Assembly (NCBI RefSeq): GCF_005239435.1
Contig: NZ_SZNP01000009.1
Reading direction: 5' to 3' (one strand)
From: Halorussus salinisoli
GTDB lineage: Archaea; Halobacteriota; Halobacteria; Halobacteriales; Haladaptataceae
DNA: 24,000 nt
The translations under genes and the position numbers were made by a program. The notes under the pieces were generated by a model that did not search any database, was not told where the DNA came from, and saw only the letters and a list, made by a program, of their open reading frames with translations. Positions 1 to 8,504 of the stretch are shown one piece after another; the stretch's first letter is position 1; the number at the start of each line of letters is the position of its first letter.

Positions 1-31
1 GCCTGGCGGCCTTCACGGTAATCCATCGGAG

Positions 32-1768
32 TTAGACGTTCAGGAACGACCCGACGACGACTCGGGTGAACACCGCGATGGCGCTCGACATCCACGTCAG
101 GAAGACGAAGTGCATGTACGCGTTGACCTTGTGGCCGCCGTCGGCGATGCGAATCATCAGCGACGACAGGACGGAGTTGAGCAGGATGATGATGACGAGC
201 AGATACTCGATGGTCTCGATGTCGTACACGTTGGTGTGGATGATCGTCGTGATGTCGAGTTGACTGCTGTTGAGACCGATGGACATGCTCGACAGCACCC
301 CAACGATCTCGAGGCCGATGAAGAACGCGAAGGTGGAGGCCGCCGTAATCCCGTAGAGGACGCCGATGAGGGTGACGGTGGACTGGGCGCGGCGCTCGCG
401 GAGTTGCAACACCTTGTTCATGTTGCTGGAGATGAGTTCGCCCAGTTTCTTGGGGTCGCCACCCATCTGCCTGCCGACGAGGAACATCTCGCTGAACTTC
501 TGGATGAGGTACGACCGCGAGTCGGCGGTGAAGTGTCGCCACGCCATCGCGGGTTCGATGCGCATGTTGAGTCGCTTGTAGAGGTCGTCGACGTTCTCGG
601 TCAGCGCGCCGAAGTCCTTGCCCCGGAGGCTCTCGAGGACCTTGGTGGTCGTACTCTGCTTGGCGCTCTCGGTCGCACCCAGCGCCCGGATGAAACTCGT
701 GAACTCGTCGTCGCGGTCCTTTATCTGTTCTTCCTCCTTGCGCGCGAGGATGCCGGGTACCAGCAACGGCGTGGTCGGAATCGCGGCGTAGAACGGGAGC
801 GGAATCGAGTTGGGGTCGACACTCGTCTGGCCCATCAGAATCAGCAGGCACGCGACCATAGCGACCACGGTCAGAACGAAACCGACCGCGACCGAGATGC
901 GGATGCGCCACTCGGTGTCGGTGGTCTGGACCTCCGGGTGGTACCAGAGCGGGTCGTACGGTGCCGTGTTCCGAATCATCACCAGAAACCCGGTCTGGAC
1001 GAACGCGAACATCACGACGACCGCACTGACCGTCATCGTCGGATTCGTCCCCGTCAGAATCGGCAGGACGGTCGCGAACACCAGCGCGAACGTGACCGAC
1101 AGCACCATCGAGAGGTAGAGGTCCTTCATCACTTCGAGGTTCTCCAGCGACCCCTCGTAGATGGTGACGTAGTTCTCGATGACCACGTCCTGTTCGGAGA
1201 GGAGGAAGTCCTGAATCTCCTGCCCGGCGTTGATGGTGTAGGCGAGTCGGTCGAGGAAGTCGGCGAACGGCTTGCTCGGGGACTTGTCGGCCCGAATACG
1301 GAGGGCGTCGTCGAGGCTCTGGTTCCAGGTGTCCACGAGTTGAGTGATGCGGCGCATCTCCTCGGCCAGCGCACCGTACTCCTCCTCCTCGCCGAGGGTC
1401 CGGAACACCTCCACGCGGTCGATGTTCGCGGTCGAGAGGACAGTCATGTGGGTGATGAACAGGTGGAGGCGGTCCTCTATCTCCTTGCGCTTCTGGTCGC
1501 GCAGAATCTTGGGATAGATGACGGCGACCACGAGCGACAGCAGGCCCAACAGCGGAATCGGGAGGGAGACGAGCGGCGGGAAGTCCGTGACGAAGAAGAC
1601 TCCCACCGTCAGCACGAAGAAGACGACCGAGGGGAGAACGACCAGTCCGAGGTACCGGGAGACCGGCGTCTCCATGTGCTGGTAGGAGTCGATGGTCGAG
1701 GACGCGAAGCTAGCGAGGAGGTCTTTGGCGTCCTTGGGGGTGTCCCCGGATTGTTCGTTCGTCGCCAT
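32..1768 (-). CDS. arlJ: Archaellum platform membrane protein ArlJ (FlaJ; TadC/GspF-like)
   Basis: 578-aa ORF with ATG at 1768-1766 and TAA at 34-32. It is polytopic, with long hydrophobic helices (LGLVVLPSVVFFVLTVGVFFV, SMVLSVTFALVFATVLPIL, VAVGFVLTVVAMVACLLILM, LIGVLYGITAASTFAFFIGL, LLVIIILLNSVLSSLMI) separated by two soluble acidic domains, which is the FlaJ layout. It occupies the last position of the conserved C/D/E-F-G-H-I-J order. Confidence 0.9.
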   Translation of the reverse strand: MATNEQSGDTPKDAKDLLASFASSTIDSYQHMETPVSRYLGLVVLPSVVFFVLTVGVFFVTDFPPLVSLPIPLLGLLSLVVAVIYPKILRDQKRKEIEDRLHLFITHMTVLSTANIDRVEVFRTLGEEEEYGALAEEMRRITQLVDTWNQSLDDALRIRADKSPSKPFADFLDRLAYTINAGQEIQDFLLSEQDVVIENYVTIYEGSLENLEVMKDLYLSMVLSVTFALVFATVLPILTGTNPTMTVSAVVVMFAFVQTGFLVMIRNTAPYDPLWYHPEVQTTDTEWRIRISVAVGFVLTVVAMVACLLILMGQTSVDPNSIPLPFYAAIPTTPLLVPGILARKEEEQIKDRDDEFTSFIRALGATESAKQSTTTKVLESLRGKDFGALTENVDDLYKRLNMRIEPAMAWRHFTADSRSYLIQKFSEMFLVGRQMGGDPKKLGELISSNMNKVLQLRERRAQSTVTLIGVLYGITAASTFAFFIGLEIVGVLSSMSIGLNSSQLDITTIIHTNVYDIETIEYLLVIIILLNSVLSSLMIRIADGGHKVNAYMHFVFLTWMSSAIAVFTRVVVGSFLNV

Positions 1769-1973
1769 GGTCGTCGGTGAGGCGGCGGGCGTTCGCGGGT
1801 TTACGTCCCATCATCATCCCTCTTTCCCCTTGAAATATTGCACTCCAAGACGTGTTACTATCGGTGTTCTTATAAACGAGGGAGGCCGACTCGAACGCTC
1901 GACGGGGGCCGAAGAGAAATGTCTGTATGGTTTGTAGCCAACAGAACGTTTCTTTCGCAAATAAATAGGGTGC

Positions 1974-2171
1974 TCAGAAGACGCTTCGAAGGCCAATTAT
2001 CACGAGAACGGAAATCGCTTTGAGAACCAACAGGACGGCGAGAAGCGCCGTGACGACTCCGGCGACGGACTGCACGTCCCGCCACTCACCTGCGACCGTA
2101 ACGAGCAGGCCGGTGGCGACGATTGCGAGACCGAGGAGCGCCGCGTAGTGGGCGCGACGGACGCGACTCAT
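1974..2171 (-). CDS. Hypothetical 65-aa two-helix membrane mini-protein inserted between arlI and arlJ
   Basis: ATG at 2171-2169 and TGA at 1976-1974. It has two hydrophobic stretches (YAALLGLAIVATGLLVTVAG and VAGVVTALLAVLLVLKAISVLVIIGL) separated by EWRDVQS. A weak TATA-like ACATTTAC (minus strand, plus coordinates 2203-2196) ends 25 nt upstream of the ATG. I recognise no family, so the coding status is unproven. Confidence 0.4.
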   Translation of the reverse strand: MSRVRRAHYAALLGLAIVATGLLVTVAGEWRDVQSVAGVVTALLAVLLVLKAISVLVIIGLRSVF

Positions 2172-2247
2172 ACCGGCAGTTCACGGAAACGGCGCGTAAA
2201 TGTTGGGGACGAGACGGGTCGGCGACGCGAGTCGGGGGTCGGTGACC

Positions 2248-4035
2248 TCAGTCGATGGAGCGGTGGATGTCGAACGGCAACCCGTCCACGCCGTCGCGCT
2301 GGAACGCCTCGATGGTCTCGTTGACTTCGTGATACCCCAGGACGTTCTCTTCTATCATGCGCTCCATGATCTCGGCCCGGAAGTCCAACTCGTCGTAGAT
2401 GTCGCGGGTGTTCTCGTATCCGAGCAGAGTCGCGATCTGCTCTTCGAGGACGAAGGAGTTGTTCATCCCCTGGAAGACGATTTCGTCCTCCACGGGGTCC
2501 CAGTAGAACGACTGGCGGGTCACGACGCCGCCCATCTCCTTGGAGTAGCCCTCGATTTCCTGCACCGAGGTCACGCGACGCAACACGTCGTCGCCCTGCT
2601 TGACCCGGTTCTGGAACAGCGCCACGTCGGCGTTGTCCATGAACGTCTCGGGGATGTTGATGGGGTCGCCCGTGAAACGCTGAATCATCGAGACGATGTC
2701 GCTCGCGTGGAACGTCAGCATCACCGGGTGGCCGGTCTGTGCGGCCTGGAACGCCATCCGACCCTCTTCGCCACGAACCTCACCCACGACGATGTAGTCG
2801 GGGCGCGAACGCAGCGCGGCCGCCACGAGGTCGAACATGTCCACGTCCGAGGAGTCCTCGCCGCCGCCCTCCCGAGTCAAGAGCTGTTGCCAGGTATCGT
2901 GCGGGGGCAGCACCTCGGCGGTGTCCTCCGCGGTGTAAATCTTGCTGTCCCGCGGGATGAACGACATGATACAGTTCAGCGTCGTGGTCTTCCCGGACGC
3001 CGTCTCTCCGACCACGAACACGGTCTGCTCGTTTTCGAGACAGAGCCAGAGGTACGCCGCCAGTTTTGGTGACAGCGTGCCCCACTTGGTAATCTGGGCG
3101 ACCGACAGCGGCGTCCCCTCGCCCTGACGGATGGTGAGGCTCGGTCCCTTCAGACTCACGTCGTCGGAGTAGATGATGTTGATACGCGACCCGTCCGGGA
3201 GCGTCGAGTCCACGATGGGGTCGGAGTCGCTCACGGGGTCGCCTATCCGCTCTCCCATGTTTCGCAGCCAGTTGTCGAAGCGGTCGGGCGACCCGAAGTC
3301 CACGCTGGTCCCGAGCATACCGAAGGTGCCGTGGTCCACGTACGTCTCGTGGGGACCGATGACGTGGATGTCCTCGTTGGCCGGGTCGCGCATGATGGGT
3401 TCGAGCGGGCCGAACCCGACGATGTCGCGGTTCAGCCGGTAGCGGATGTTTTCGTAGGTCTGTTCCGAGACCTCGTAGGTCCCGATGTTGGTGAAGTCCT
3501 TGACGAACCGAACGATGTCTTCGGTCGAGAACGTCCGGACGCCGCGCTTGAAGTCGTTGTACGAGACGTTCTTGATCCAGTCGACGATCTGGTCGGCCGA
3601 GAGGTTCTGGAGGTTGGCGCGGCCGCCACCGCCTCCGTCGGCGTCGTTGACCAGCACCGTGTCGTCGAGCAGTTCCTCGATGCGGTCGTCGTACTCGCCC
3701 TCGTCCTGTGGCGCGGGTTTCTTCACGCTCTTTTCGAGAATCTCGCCGCGGACCTTGCCGAACAGTTCCTGTTCGGTGCCCGAGAGTTCGGGTTCGACCG
3801 CGTAGTACTCGGTGTCTTGGCCAACGTCGCCGTAGACGTGACAGTAGATGGGACCGCCGACCGGGTAGATGACGTTCGGTTTGTCGGTCTCCCACTCGTC
3901 GTTCGGCTCGTCGATGAGCCGCGGGAACTCCCCGGTGAACTGCTTGAACCGCTTCAGATAATCCCGCAGGTGGGGTCGCCGCATGGCGACTTCCCGAAGG
4001 TCGTCTTGGATCTGTGCGGTCCCGTGCTCTGTCAT
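2248..4035 (-). CDS. arlI: Archaellum assembly/motor ATPase ArlI (FlaI; type II/IV secretion ATPase family)
   Basis: 595-aa ORF with ATG at 4035. It has Walker A GETASGKTTTLN, a Walker B/Asp-box region DYIVVGEVRGEE and a PilT/VirB11-like core. It sits between arlH and arlJ. Confidence 0.95.
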   Translation of the reverse strand: MTEHGTAQIQDDLREVAMRRPHLRDYLKRFKQFTGEFPRLIDEPNDEWETDKPNVIYPVGGPIYCHVYGDVGQDTEYYAVEPELSGTEQELFGKVRGEILEKSVKKPAPQDEGEYDDRIEELLDDTVLVNDADGGGGGRANLQNLSADQIVDWIKNVSYNDFKRGVRTFSTEDIVRFVKDFTNIGTYEVSEQTYENIRYRLNRDIVGFGPLEPIMRDPANEDIHVIGPHETYVDHGTFGMLGTSVDFGSPDRFDNWLRNMGERIGDPVSDSDPIVDSTLPDGSRINIIYSDDVSLKGPSLTIRQGEGTPLSVAQITKWGTLSPKLAAYLWLCLENEQTVFVVGETASGKTTTLNCIMSFIPRDSKIYTAEDTAEVLPPHDTWQQLLTREGGGEDSSDVDMFDLVAAALRSRPDYIVVGEVRGEEGRMAFQAAQTGHPVMLTFHASDIVSMIQRFTGDPINIPETFMDNADVALFQNRVKQGDDVLRRVTSVQEIEGYSKEMGGVVTRQSFYWDPVEDEIVFQGMNNSFVLEEQIATLLGYENTRDIYDELDFRAEIMERMIEENVLGYHEVNETIEAFQRDGVDGLPFDIHRSID

Positions 4036-4048
4036 GGTGGAGGCTCAG

Positions 4049-4813
4049 TTAGGCGACGCTACGACTCTCGATGACGATTCCGGCGTCGGCCCGGACGGAG
4101 AACCCGATGGTGTCGCCGACCTGTTCGCCCATTCCGGCGAACCGCTTGACCGAGATGTTCCGGCGCACGTCGTTGCCGACTTCGACCATCTGGAGTTCCA
4201 TGAACACGTCGGCGATGGCCCGGAACGGGCCGATGGCCTCCTCGTCCACCGTCGAGGGGTCCACCGTGAGGACGATGACCTGTCCCTGTGACACCAAATC
4301 GCGGAAGAACGAGATGATTTCGAGGGCGGCCTGTCGCTCCTCGTTCTGTCGAATCAGGGCCTCGAACTTGGGGTCGTTGCGGAGGATGGCGTCGAACGTG
4401 TCGATGACGATGACGTCGGCCTGCCACATCGCCTCGGCTTTCATCAACCGATTGAGTAGTTCCTTCCGGTTGCCCTCCTCGTCCTCGGCCGGGGCGGTCA
4501 ACCGGCCGCCGCCGGTGTCCACGTCGGCGTGGAGGAAGAGGAGTCGCTCGTCGAGCAGATGATCCTCGACGCCGTACGACAGCGAGTGCATCTGGTCGAT
4601 GAACCCGCTGACGGTCAGTTCGGTCGAGAGCAGGGTGACGGAGTGGCCCGTCTCGCAGAGACCGTAACTGAACCGCTGGCTGATGGCGGACTTCCCGGCC
4701 CCGTAGTCGCCCTCGATGAGGACGATGGAGCCGCGGGGGATGCCGCCCCCGAGTTCGTGATTCAGACGGTCGTGGTCTTCGAGGCCGAGCGAGTAGAGAT
4801 TGTCTCGTGTCAT
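4049..4813 (-). CDS. arlH: Archaellum KaiC/RecA-like ATP-binding protein ArlH (FlaH)
   Basis: 254 aa with Walker A GDYGAGKS, Walker B-like [10 protein letters not shown] and a KaiC-like fold signature. Its ATG overlaps the arlG stop (ATGA at 4813-4810), and it ends 13 nt before arlI. Confidence 0.9.
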   Translation of the reverse strand: MTRDNLYSLGLEDHDRLNHELGGGIPRGSIVLIEGDYGAGKSAISQRFSYGLCETGHSVTLLSTELTVSGFIDQMHSLSYGVEDHLLDERLLFLHADVDTGGGRLTAPAEDEEGNRKELLNRLMKAEAMWQADVIVIDTFDAILRNDPKFEALIRQNEERQAALEIISFFRDLVSQGQVIVLTVDPSTVDEEAIGPFRAIADVFMELQMVEVGNDVRRNISVKRFAGMGEQVGDTIGFSVRADAGIVIESRSVA

Positions 4814-5259
4814 GTTCGGAACTGAAGCACCTCCTCGTCGTCGTTGATGATTATCTTCACGCGATGGTCCTCGCCGGCGTCCAGCGACTTGGAGAACTCT
4901 ATTTTGGCGACGTCACCGACTCGCCACGGCGGTCCGCCGATGACCGACACCGACAGACTCGTCTGATACTGCCCGTTTATCAACACGTCGATGCGGTCGC
5001 TCTCCGCGGGGAGTGAGCGCGAACCGGTGTTCTTTACCAGTAGCGTCACCGTCTCGTTGTCCTCGTCGTACACCGCACCGCTACCGGGGTCGCTGATTAT
5101 CGAAACGTCGGTTCGGATGTCGCCGGTCACGTCGATGCTTCGGTCGCCCAACGCCGACGAGAGGCGCTGGACGCCCTGCGTGAACGTTCCGGCCACACTG
5201 GCGGCGATGATGAGGCTGGCGATGAACAGGATGAGGTGGGAACTGGAGACGCTCGCCAC
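4810..5259 (-). CDS. arlG: Archaellum stator/S-layer-anchoring protein ArlG (FlaG)
   Basis: 149 aa. The N-terminus (M)[23 protein letters not shown] is the conserved archaellin-like hydrophobic N-terminus of FlaG. The start codon is GTG (5259-5257), directly abutting the arlF TGA (5262-5260). Confidence 0.85.
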   Translation of the reverse strand: MASVSSSHLILFIASLIIAASVAGTFTQGVQRLSSALGDRSIDVTGDIRTDVSIISDPGSGAVYDEDNETVTLLVKNTGSRSLPAESDRIDVLINGQYQTSLSVSVIGGPPWRVGDVAKIEFSKSLDAGEDHRVKIIINDDEEVLQFRT

Positions 5260-5706
5260 TCAGATCACCTCCGCCGTGGCGACGCCCGGACCGGTCACGA
5301 CTTTCACGCGGTCGGGGTCGGTAACGGAGACGTTGAACTGGAGCGTCTCTCCGGGGAGCCACAGGTCGGTCTCGCTGTTTCCGTCGACTTCCACCGTCAC
5401 CATTTTCTGACTCGTTTGAGGCGTGTAATTTCCATCTATAAGAATGTCGGTGTCATTCACCGAGAGCGTGGTCGACCCGTTGTTGTCGACGGCCACGTTC
5501 AAGTAGGCCTCCCCGCCTTCGTTGGCGACAGCGGCGTCGGCGATGTCGATCTCGGTGTTCTGGCGGACCAACTCGCCGTCGGCGTTCTCCTCGTACGCTT
5601 CGTTCACTCGCTCGAAGCCATTGTTCGCGGCCGAGTAGGCGACTCCGAAGCTGATGAATATCCCGAGGAACAGGACCACCGTCGAGCCGCTAACGCTGAA
5701 TCCCAT
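5260..5706 (-). CDS. arlF: Archaellum stator protein ArlF (FlaF)
   Basis: I re-called the start to the ATG at 5706, giving MGFSVSGSTVVLFLGIFISFG, the canonical FlaF N-terminus. The ORF-track start at 5730 is a GTG over-extension. The product is 148 aa. Its start overlaps the arlCE stop codon region by 17 nt. Confidence 0.85.
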   Translation of the reverse strand: MGFSVSGSTVVLFLGIFISFGVAYSAANNGFERVNEAYEENADGELVRQNTEIDIADAAVANEGGEAYLNVAVDNNGSTTLSVNDTDILIDGNYTPQTSQKMVTVEVDGNSETDLWLPGETLQFNVSVTDPDRVKVVTGPGVATAEVI

Positions 5707-7045
5707 CGCGCCCACCTCGAATCTGCGCACAGTGTTCGACGATTTTCCGCTGGACGGCGTCGCCTGTCAGCTGGCTCAGGAAGGTGAGGCTCTGGATGTG
5801 GTCGTCGACTTCGAGTGCCGCGGGGCCGGTCTTTTCGGTGTCGACCGAGTCCACGCCGGCAAATCCGCTCATGAACGCCAGAAGCTCTTCCTCGACCGAC
5901 TCGCTGATCCAATCGATGTCGCCGTAGTACTGTATCGTCCGAACCGCGTCCTCGGAGCCGAACTCCGTGACGAGGAACTCCAACCACTCCATCACCACGA
6001 GGTCCGAGACGTACCCCTTCGGGAGTTCCGCGAGATAGGGCTTCCCCCCGCGGCCCGACTGCGTGGCGGGCGTCGCGGGTTCGGTGTCGGACGGTCCCTC
6101 GAACTCGAAGTCGCCGTCGGCCGATTCCTCCGGCGTCGTCTCGGCTTCGAGCGTCGGTTCGGGTTCCGGCTGGCCGCCTTCGGGCGCACCCTCTTCCTCG
6201 GCCCAGTCGGCATCGCCCGACTCGTACTCCTCTTTGAGTTCCTCGAACGTCGAGCCGCCAGCCTGTCCGCCGTCGTCCTCGTCGTCCGCCTCCAGCGTGG
6301 ATTCCTCGTCGTCGGTCGCTTCGACCTCGTCGGGCGAGTCGAAGCCGAGGTCTTCGGCGGCGTCGTCCTCGAAGCCGTCCTCCTCCTCGTCGAAGTCGTC
6401 GTCGAAGAAACTCTCGGCCTCGGCGTCGGCGATGTCCTCGTTGAGGTCTTCGTTTTGTTCGTCTTCTCCGTCGTCCTCGAACAGACCGAAGTCACCCCCG
6501 CCTTCGGCGCCGAAACCGTCGCCGCCGGCCACACCCCCTTGTTGTACGTCGTCGACGAACGGGTTGACTCCGCGCGTCACCATCTCGTAGATTTCGAGGA
6601 GCTTTCGGACGTTCTCTTCGGTCTCGTCCACTTTCGCGCTGATCTGCTCGTTCTCGCTCCGAACGGTGCCGACCGTCGAGGAGATCTCGGCGACCTCGTT
6701 TTCGAGTTCGTCGATTCGGTTCTCTAGCTCCTGGGTCGGGCCGGAACCGCCGCCCATGGCGAACTCGGCGTCGCCGCCGCCTCCGCCGTCGGCCCAGTCG
6801 TCCATCTCCCCGTCCATTCCCATTCCGTCGTCCATGCCGTCGTCCATTCCGCCGAAGTCGCCGTCCATCTCACCGCCCGCACCGTCGCCCATACCGTCGC
6901 CGAAGAGGTCGTCGTCGCCGCCACCACCGCTGTCGGCTTCGACGCTCTCACCCTCCTCTTCGTCCATGAAATCCATGATTCCCATGCCGACCAGGCCCGT
7001 CCCGAGGAGGTGAACGAACTGGTCGGTGAGACCGATAAGTTTCAT
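5690..7045 (-). CDS. arlCE: Archaellum switch/adaptor protein of the ArlC/D/E (FlaC/D/E) family: FlaC-like coiled coil plus C-terminal FlaD/E domain
   Basis: I re-called the start to the ATG at 7045 (MKLIGLTDQF); the ORF-track start at 7054 is TTG. The coiled-coil segment ELENRIDELENEVAEISSTVGTVRSENEQISAKVDETEENVRKLLEIYEMV is FlaC-like. The C-terminal KPYLAELPKGYVSDLVVMEWLEFLVTEFGSEDAVRTIQYYGDIDWISE is FlaD/E-like. Very long Asp/Glu/Gly-rich linkers are typical of haloarchaeal FlaCE/FlaD. It is the first gene of the arl accessory operon. The exact subfamily (CE versus D) was not resolved. Confidence 0.8.
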   Translation of the reverse strand: MKLIGLTDQFVHLLGTGLVGMGIMDFMDEEEGESVEADSGGGGDDDLFGDGMGDGAGGEMDGDFGGMDDGMDDGMGMDGEMDDWADGGGGGDAEFAMGGGSGPTQELENRIDELENEVAEISSTVGTVRSENEQISAKVDETEENVRKLLEIYEMVTRGVNPFVDDVQQGGVAGGDGFGAEGGGDFGLFEDDGEDEQNEDLNEDIADAEAESFFDDDFDEEEDGFEDDAAEDLGFDSPDEVEATDDEESTLEADDEDDGGQAGGSTFEELKEEYESGDADWAEEEGAPEGGQPEPEPTLEAETTPEESADGDFEFEGPSDTEPATPATQSGRGGKPYLAELPKGYVSDLVVMEWLEFLVTEFGSEDAVRTIQYYGDIDWISESVEEELLAFMSGFAGVDSVDTEKTGPAALEVDDHIQSLTFLSQLTGDAVQRKIVEHCAQIRGGRDGIQR

Positions 7046-7071
7046 TGTCGTCAACAGCGAACTTACGGCAC

Positions 7072-7077
7072 ATTAAT
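7072..7077 (-). promoter_or_regulatory. TATA-like box (ATTAAT) of the arl accessory operon
   Basis: It lies in the only AT-rich stretch of the 119-bp cheR-arlCE spacer. The box spans -27 to -32 relative to the ATG at 7045, which fits a leaderless or near-leaderless haloarchaeal transcript. Confidence 0.4.
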
Positions 7078-7164
7078 CTTCCCCCTGAGTTATCAACTCT
7101 GATACTCTGTTTCTAAGAGTGCCTAAACCGCCACACGGAGCCTCTAAGAACCGTTTCATCCAGG

Positions 7165-7992
7165 CTACTTCTGGATGGATGTACTATCGGTTTTCTTGTA
7201 TATTCGGAGCCGTCGCGCCACTGGCTCGAACACCGGCTTGAGCAGTTCGGGGAGCGTTTCGGTCTTCCCGATGACGAGGTAGCCGCCCTCCGACAGCGAC
7301 TCCGAGACCGTCTCCAGAATCGGAAGTTTGTGTTCGGTGTCGATGTAGATGAATAGATTCCGACACACCACGAGGTCGAAGTCGGACTTCGGGTCGCCGT
7401 TGATGAGGTCGTGACGCTCGAACGACACGAGGTCCTTCACCGCGTCGGTCACGGCGAACCGGTCGCCGTCGCGCTCGACGTACTCCTCGTACTCGTCCAG
7501 CGGCGCTAACTGCTCACCGATGTCGGTGGTGCGAGTGTTCTCGTAGACGCCGCGCCGGGCCGCCGAGAGTATCTCGCGGTCGATGTCGGTCGCGGTTATC
7601 GCGACGTTCCCGTCGTCGACCTCCGGGTCGTCCAGCGCCAGCATCGACAGCGAGTACGGTTCGCGGCCGTCCGAGCAGGCCGCGCTCCAGAGTCGAATTC
7701 GGTCGCGCTCGACCGAGAGGGTTCGGAGGACCGACCGCACCTCCTCCCAGACCTCCGGATTCCGGAAGAAACTCGTGACGTTGACCGAGAACGCGTCGAG
7801 CAGGGCGTCCTGCTCGCGGTCGTCGTCGCTGAGCAGGTCGAGGTAACGGTCGTACTCGTCGGTGTCCGTCCGGCGCATCCGCGAGGAGACCCGGCGGTCG
7901 AGATAGGCGTCGTCGTAGTAACTCGTGGCGAAGCCGAGTTCGGCCTCCACGTAGTCGAGCAGTCGGTCGAACTCGTCGTCGTCGGGTCTCAT
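7165..7992 (-). CDS. cheR: Chemotaxis protein methyltransferase CheR
   Basis: 275 aa. It has the CheR N-terminal helical domain ([34 protein letters not shown]) and a SAM-methyltransferase domain ([30 protein letters not shown]). ATGA overlap with the cheD stop. Confidence 0.92.
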   Translation of the reverse strand: MRPDDDEFDRLLDYVEAELGFATSYYDDAYLDRRVSSRMRRTDTDEYDRYLDLLSDDDREQDALLDAFSVNVTSFFRNPEVWEEVRSVLRTLSVERDRIRLWSAACSDGREPYSLSMLALDDPEVDDGNVAITATDIDREILSAARRGVYENTRTTDIGEQLAPLDEYEEYVERDGDRFAVTDAVKDLVSFERHDLINGDPKSDFDLVVCRNLFIYIDTEHKLPILETVSESLSEGGYLVIGKTETLPELLKPVFEPVARRLRIYKKTDSTSIQK

Positions 7993-8504
7993 AGGTCCTC
8001 GTCTCCTTCGTGCGTACTCGTCACGGTTAGCGTCCAGGTCTTCGGGACCAGTACGAGCGACCGACCGTGACCGCCGCCCACGTCCTCGGCGACGACCGGG
8101 ACGTCTCGGTCCGCGAGCGCGGCGCGCGTTCGCTCGACGTTTCGCTCGCCGACGCCCTCGCTGACGCCCGAGAAGTCGAACATCCGGCTTCCTCCCGCGA
8201 TTTTGGCCTCCGCGCGGTCGGGGTCGCCGCCCGCGGTTTCGACCGCGGCCACCAGTCGCTCGACGCCGACGTCCGCCGACTTCGCGGGCTTCCCCCGGTC
8301 GTCTCCGGTCCCCTCGGGGAGCATGACGTGTGCCAAACCTGCGACGCCCGCGGTCGGGTCCGCGACCGCGACGCCGACGCAGGAGCCGAGACCGCTGGTC
8401 GTGAGTCGGGTGTCGCCGGTGGCGACCGCGAGTTCGGCGACTCCGACTTTCACGCGGTCGGGCGGGTCGTCGGTGAAAGGGTAGCGTTCGGTCGTCATGC
8501 TCAT
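7989..8504 (-). CDS. cheD: Chemoreceptor glutamine deamidase CheD
   Basis: 171 aa with the catalytic-Cys motif [10 protein letters not shown], then AHVMLP and IAGGSRMF, all typical of CheD. ATGA overlaps at both ends (with cheC and with cheR). Confidence 0.92.
   Translation of the reverse strand: MSMTTERYPFTDDPPDRVKVGVAELAVATGDTRLTTSGLGSCVGVAVADPTAGVAGLAHVMLPEGTGDDRGKPAKSADVGVERLVAAVETAGGDPDRAEAKIAGGSRMFDFSGVSEGVGERNVERTRAALADRDVPVVAEDVGGGHGRSLVLVPKTWTLTVTSTHEGDEDL

Noticed and set aside
110-1780. 556-aa plus-strand ORF antisense to arlJ. Similar long antisense ORFs include 2200-3072, 3331-4074, 5654-6727, 8627-9430, 9015-10409, 10444-11277, 11308-12072, 12187-13596, 17604-18809, 19811-20509 and 21424-22584.
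   Set aside because: These are GC-rich shadow ORFs. Their translations are dominated by R, G, H, V, D and P with no recognisable motifs. Each lies opposite a gene with clear family signatures and the acidic composition expected for a haloarchaeon.
1814-2085. Three overlapping 60-71-aa ORFs (1814-1996 minus, 1838-2023 plus, 1870-2085 minus) in the arlI-arlJ spacer.
   Set aside because: They are basic, Arg/Ser-rich, mutually overlapping and lie in AT-rich promoter-like DNA. Only the hydrophobic 1974-2171 ORF has a plausible protein character.
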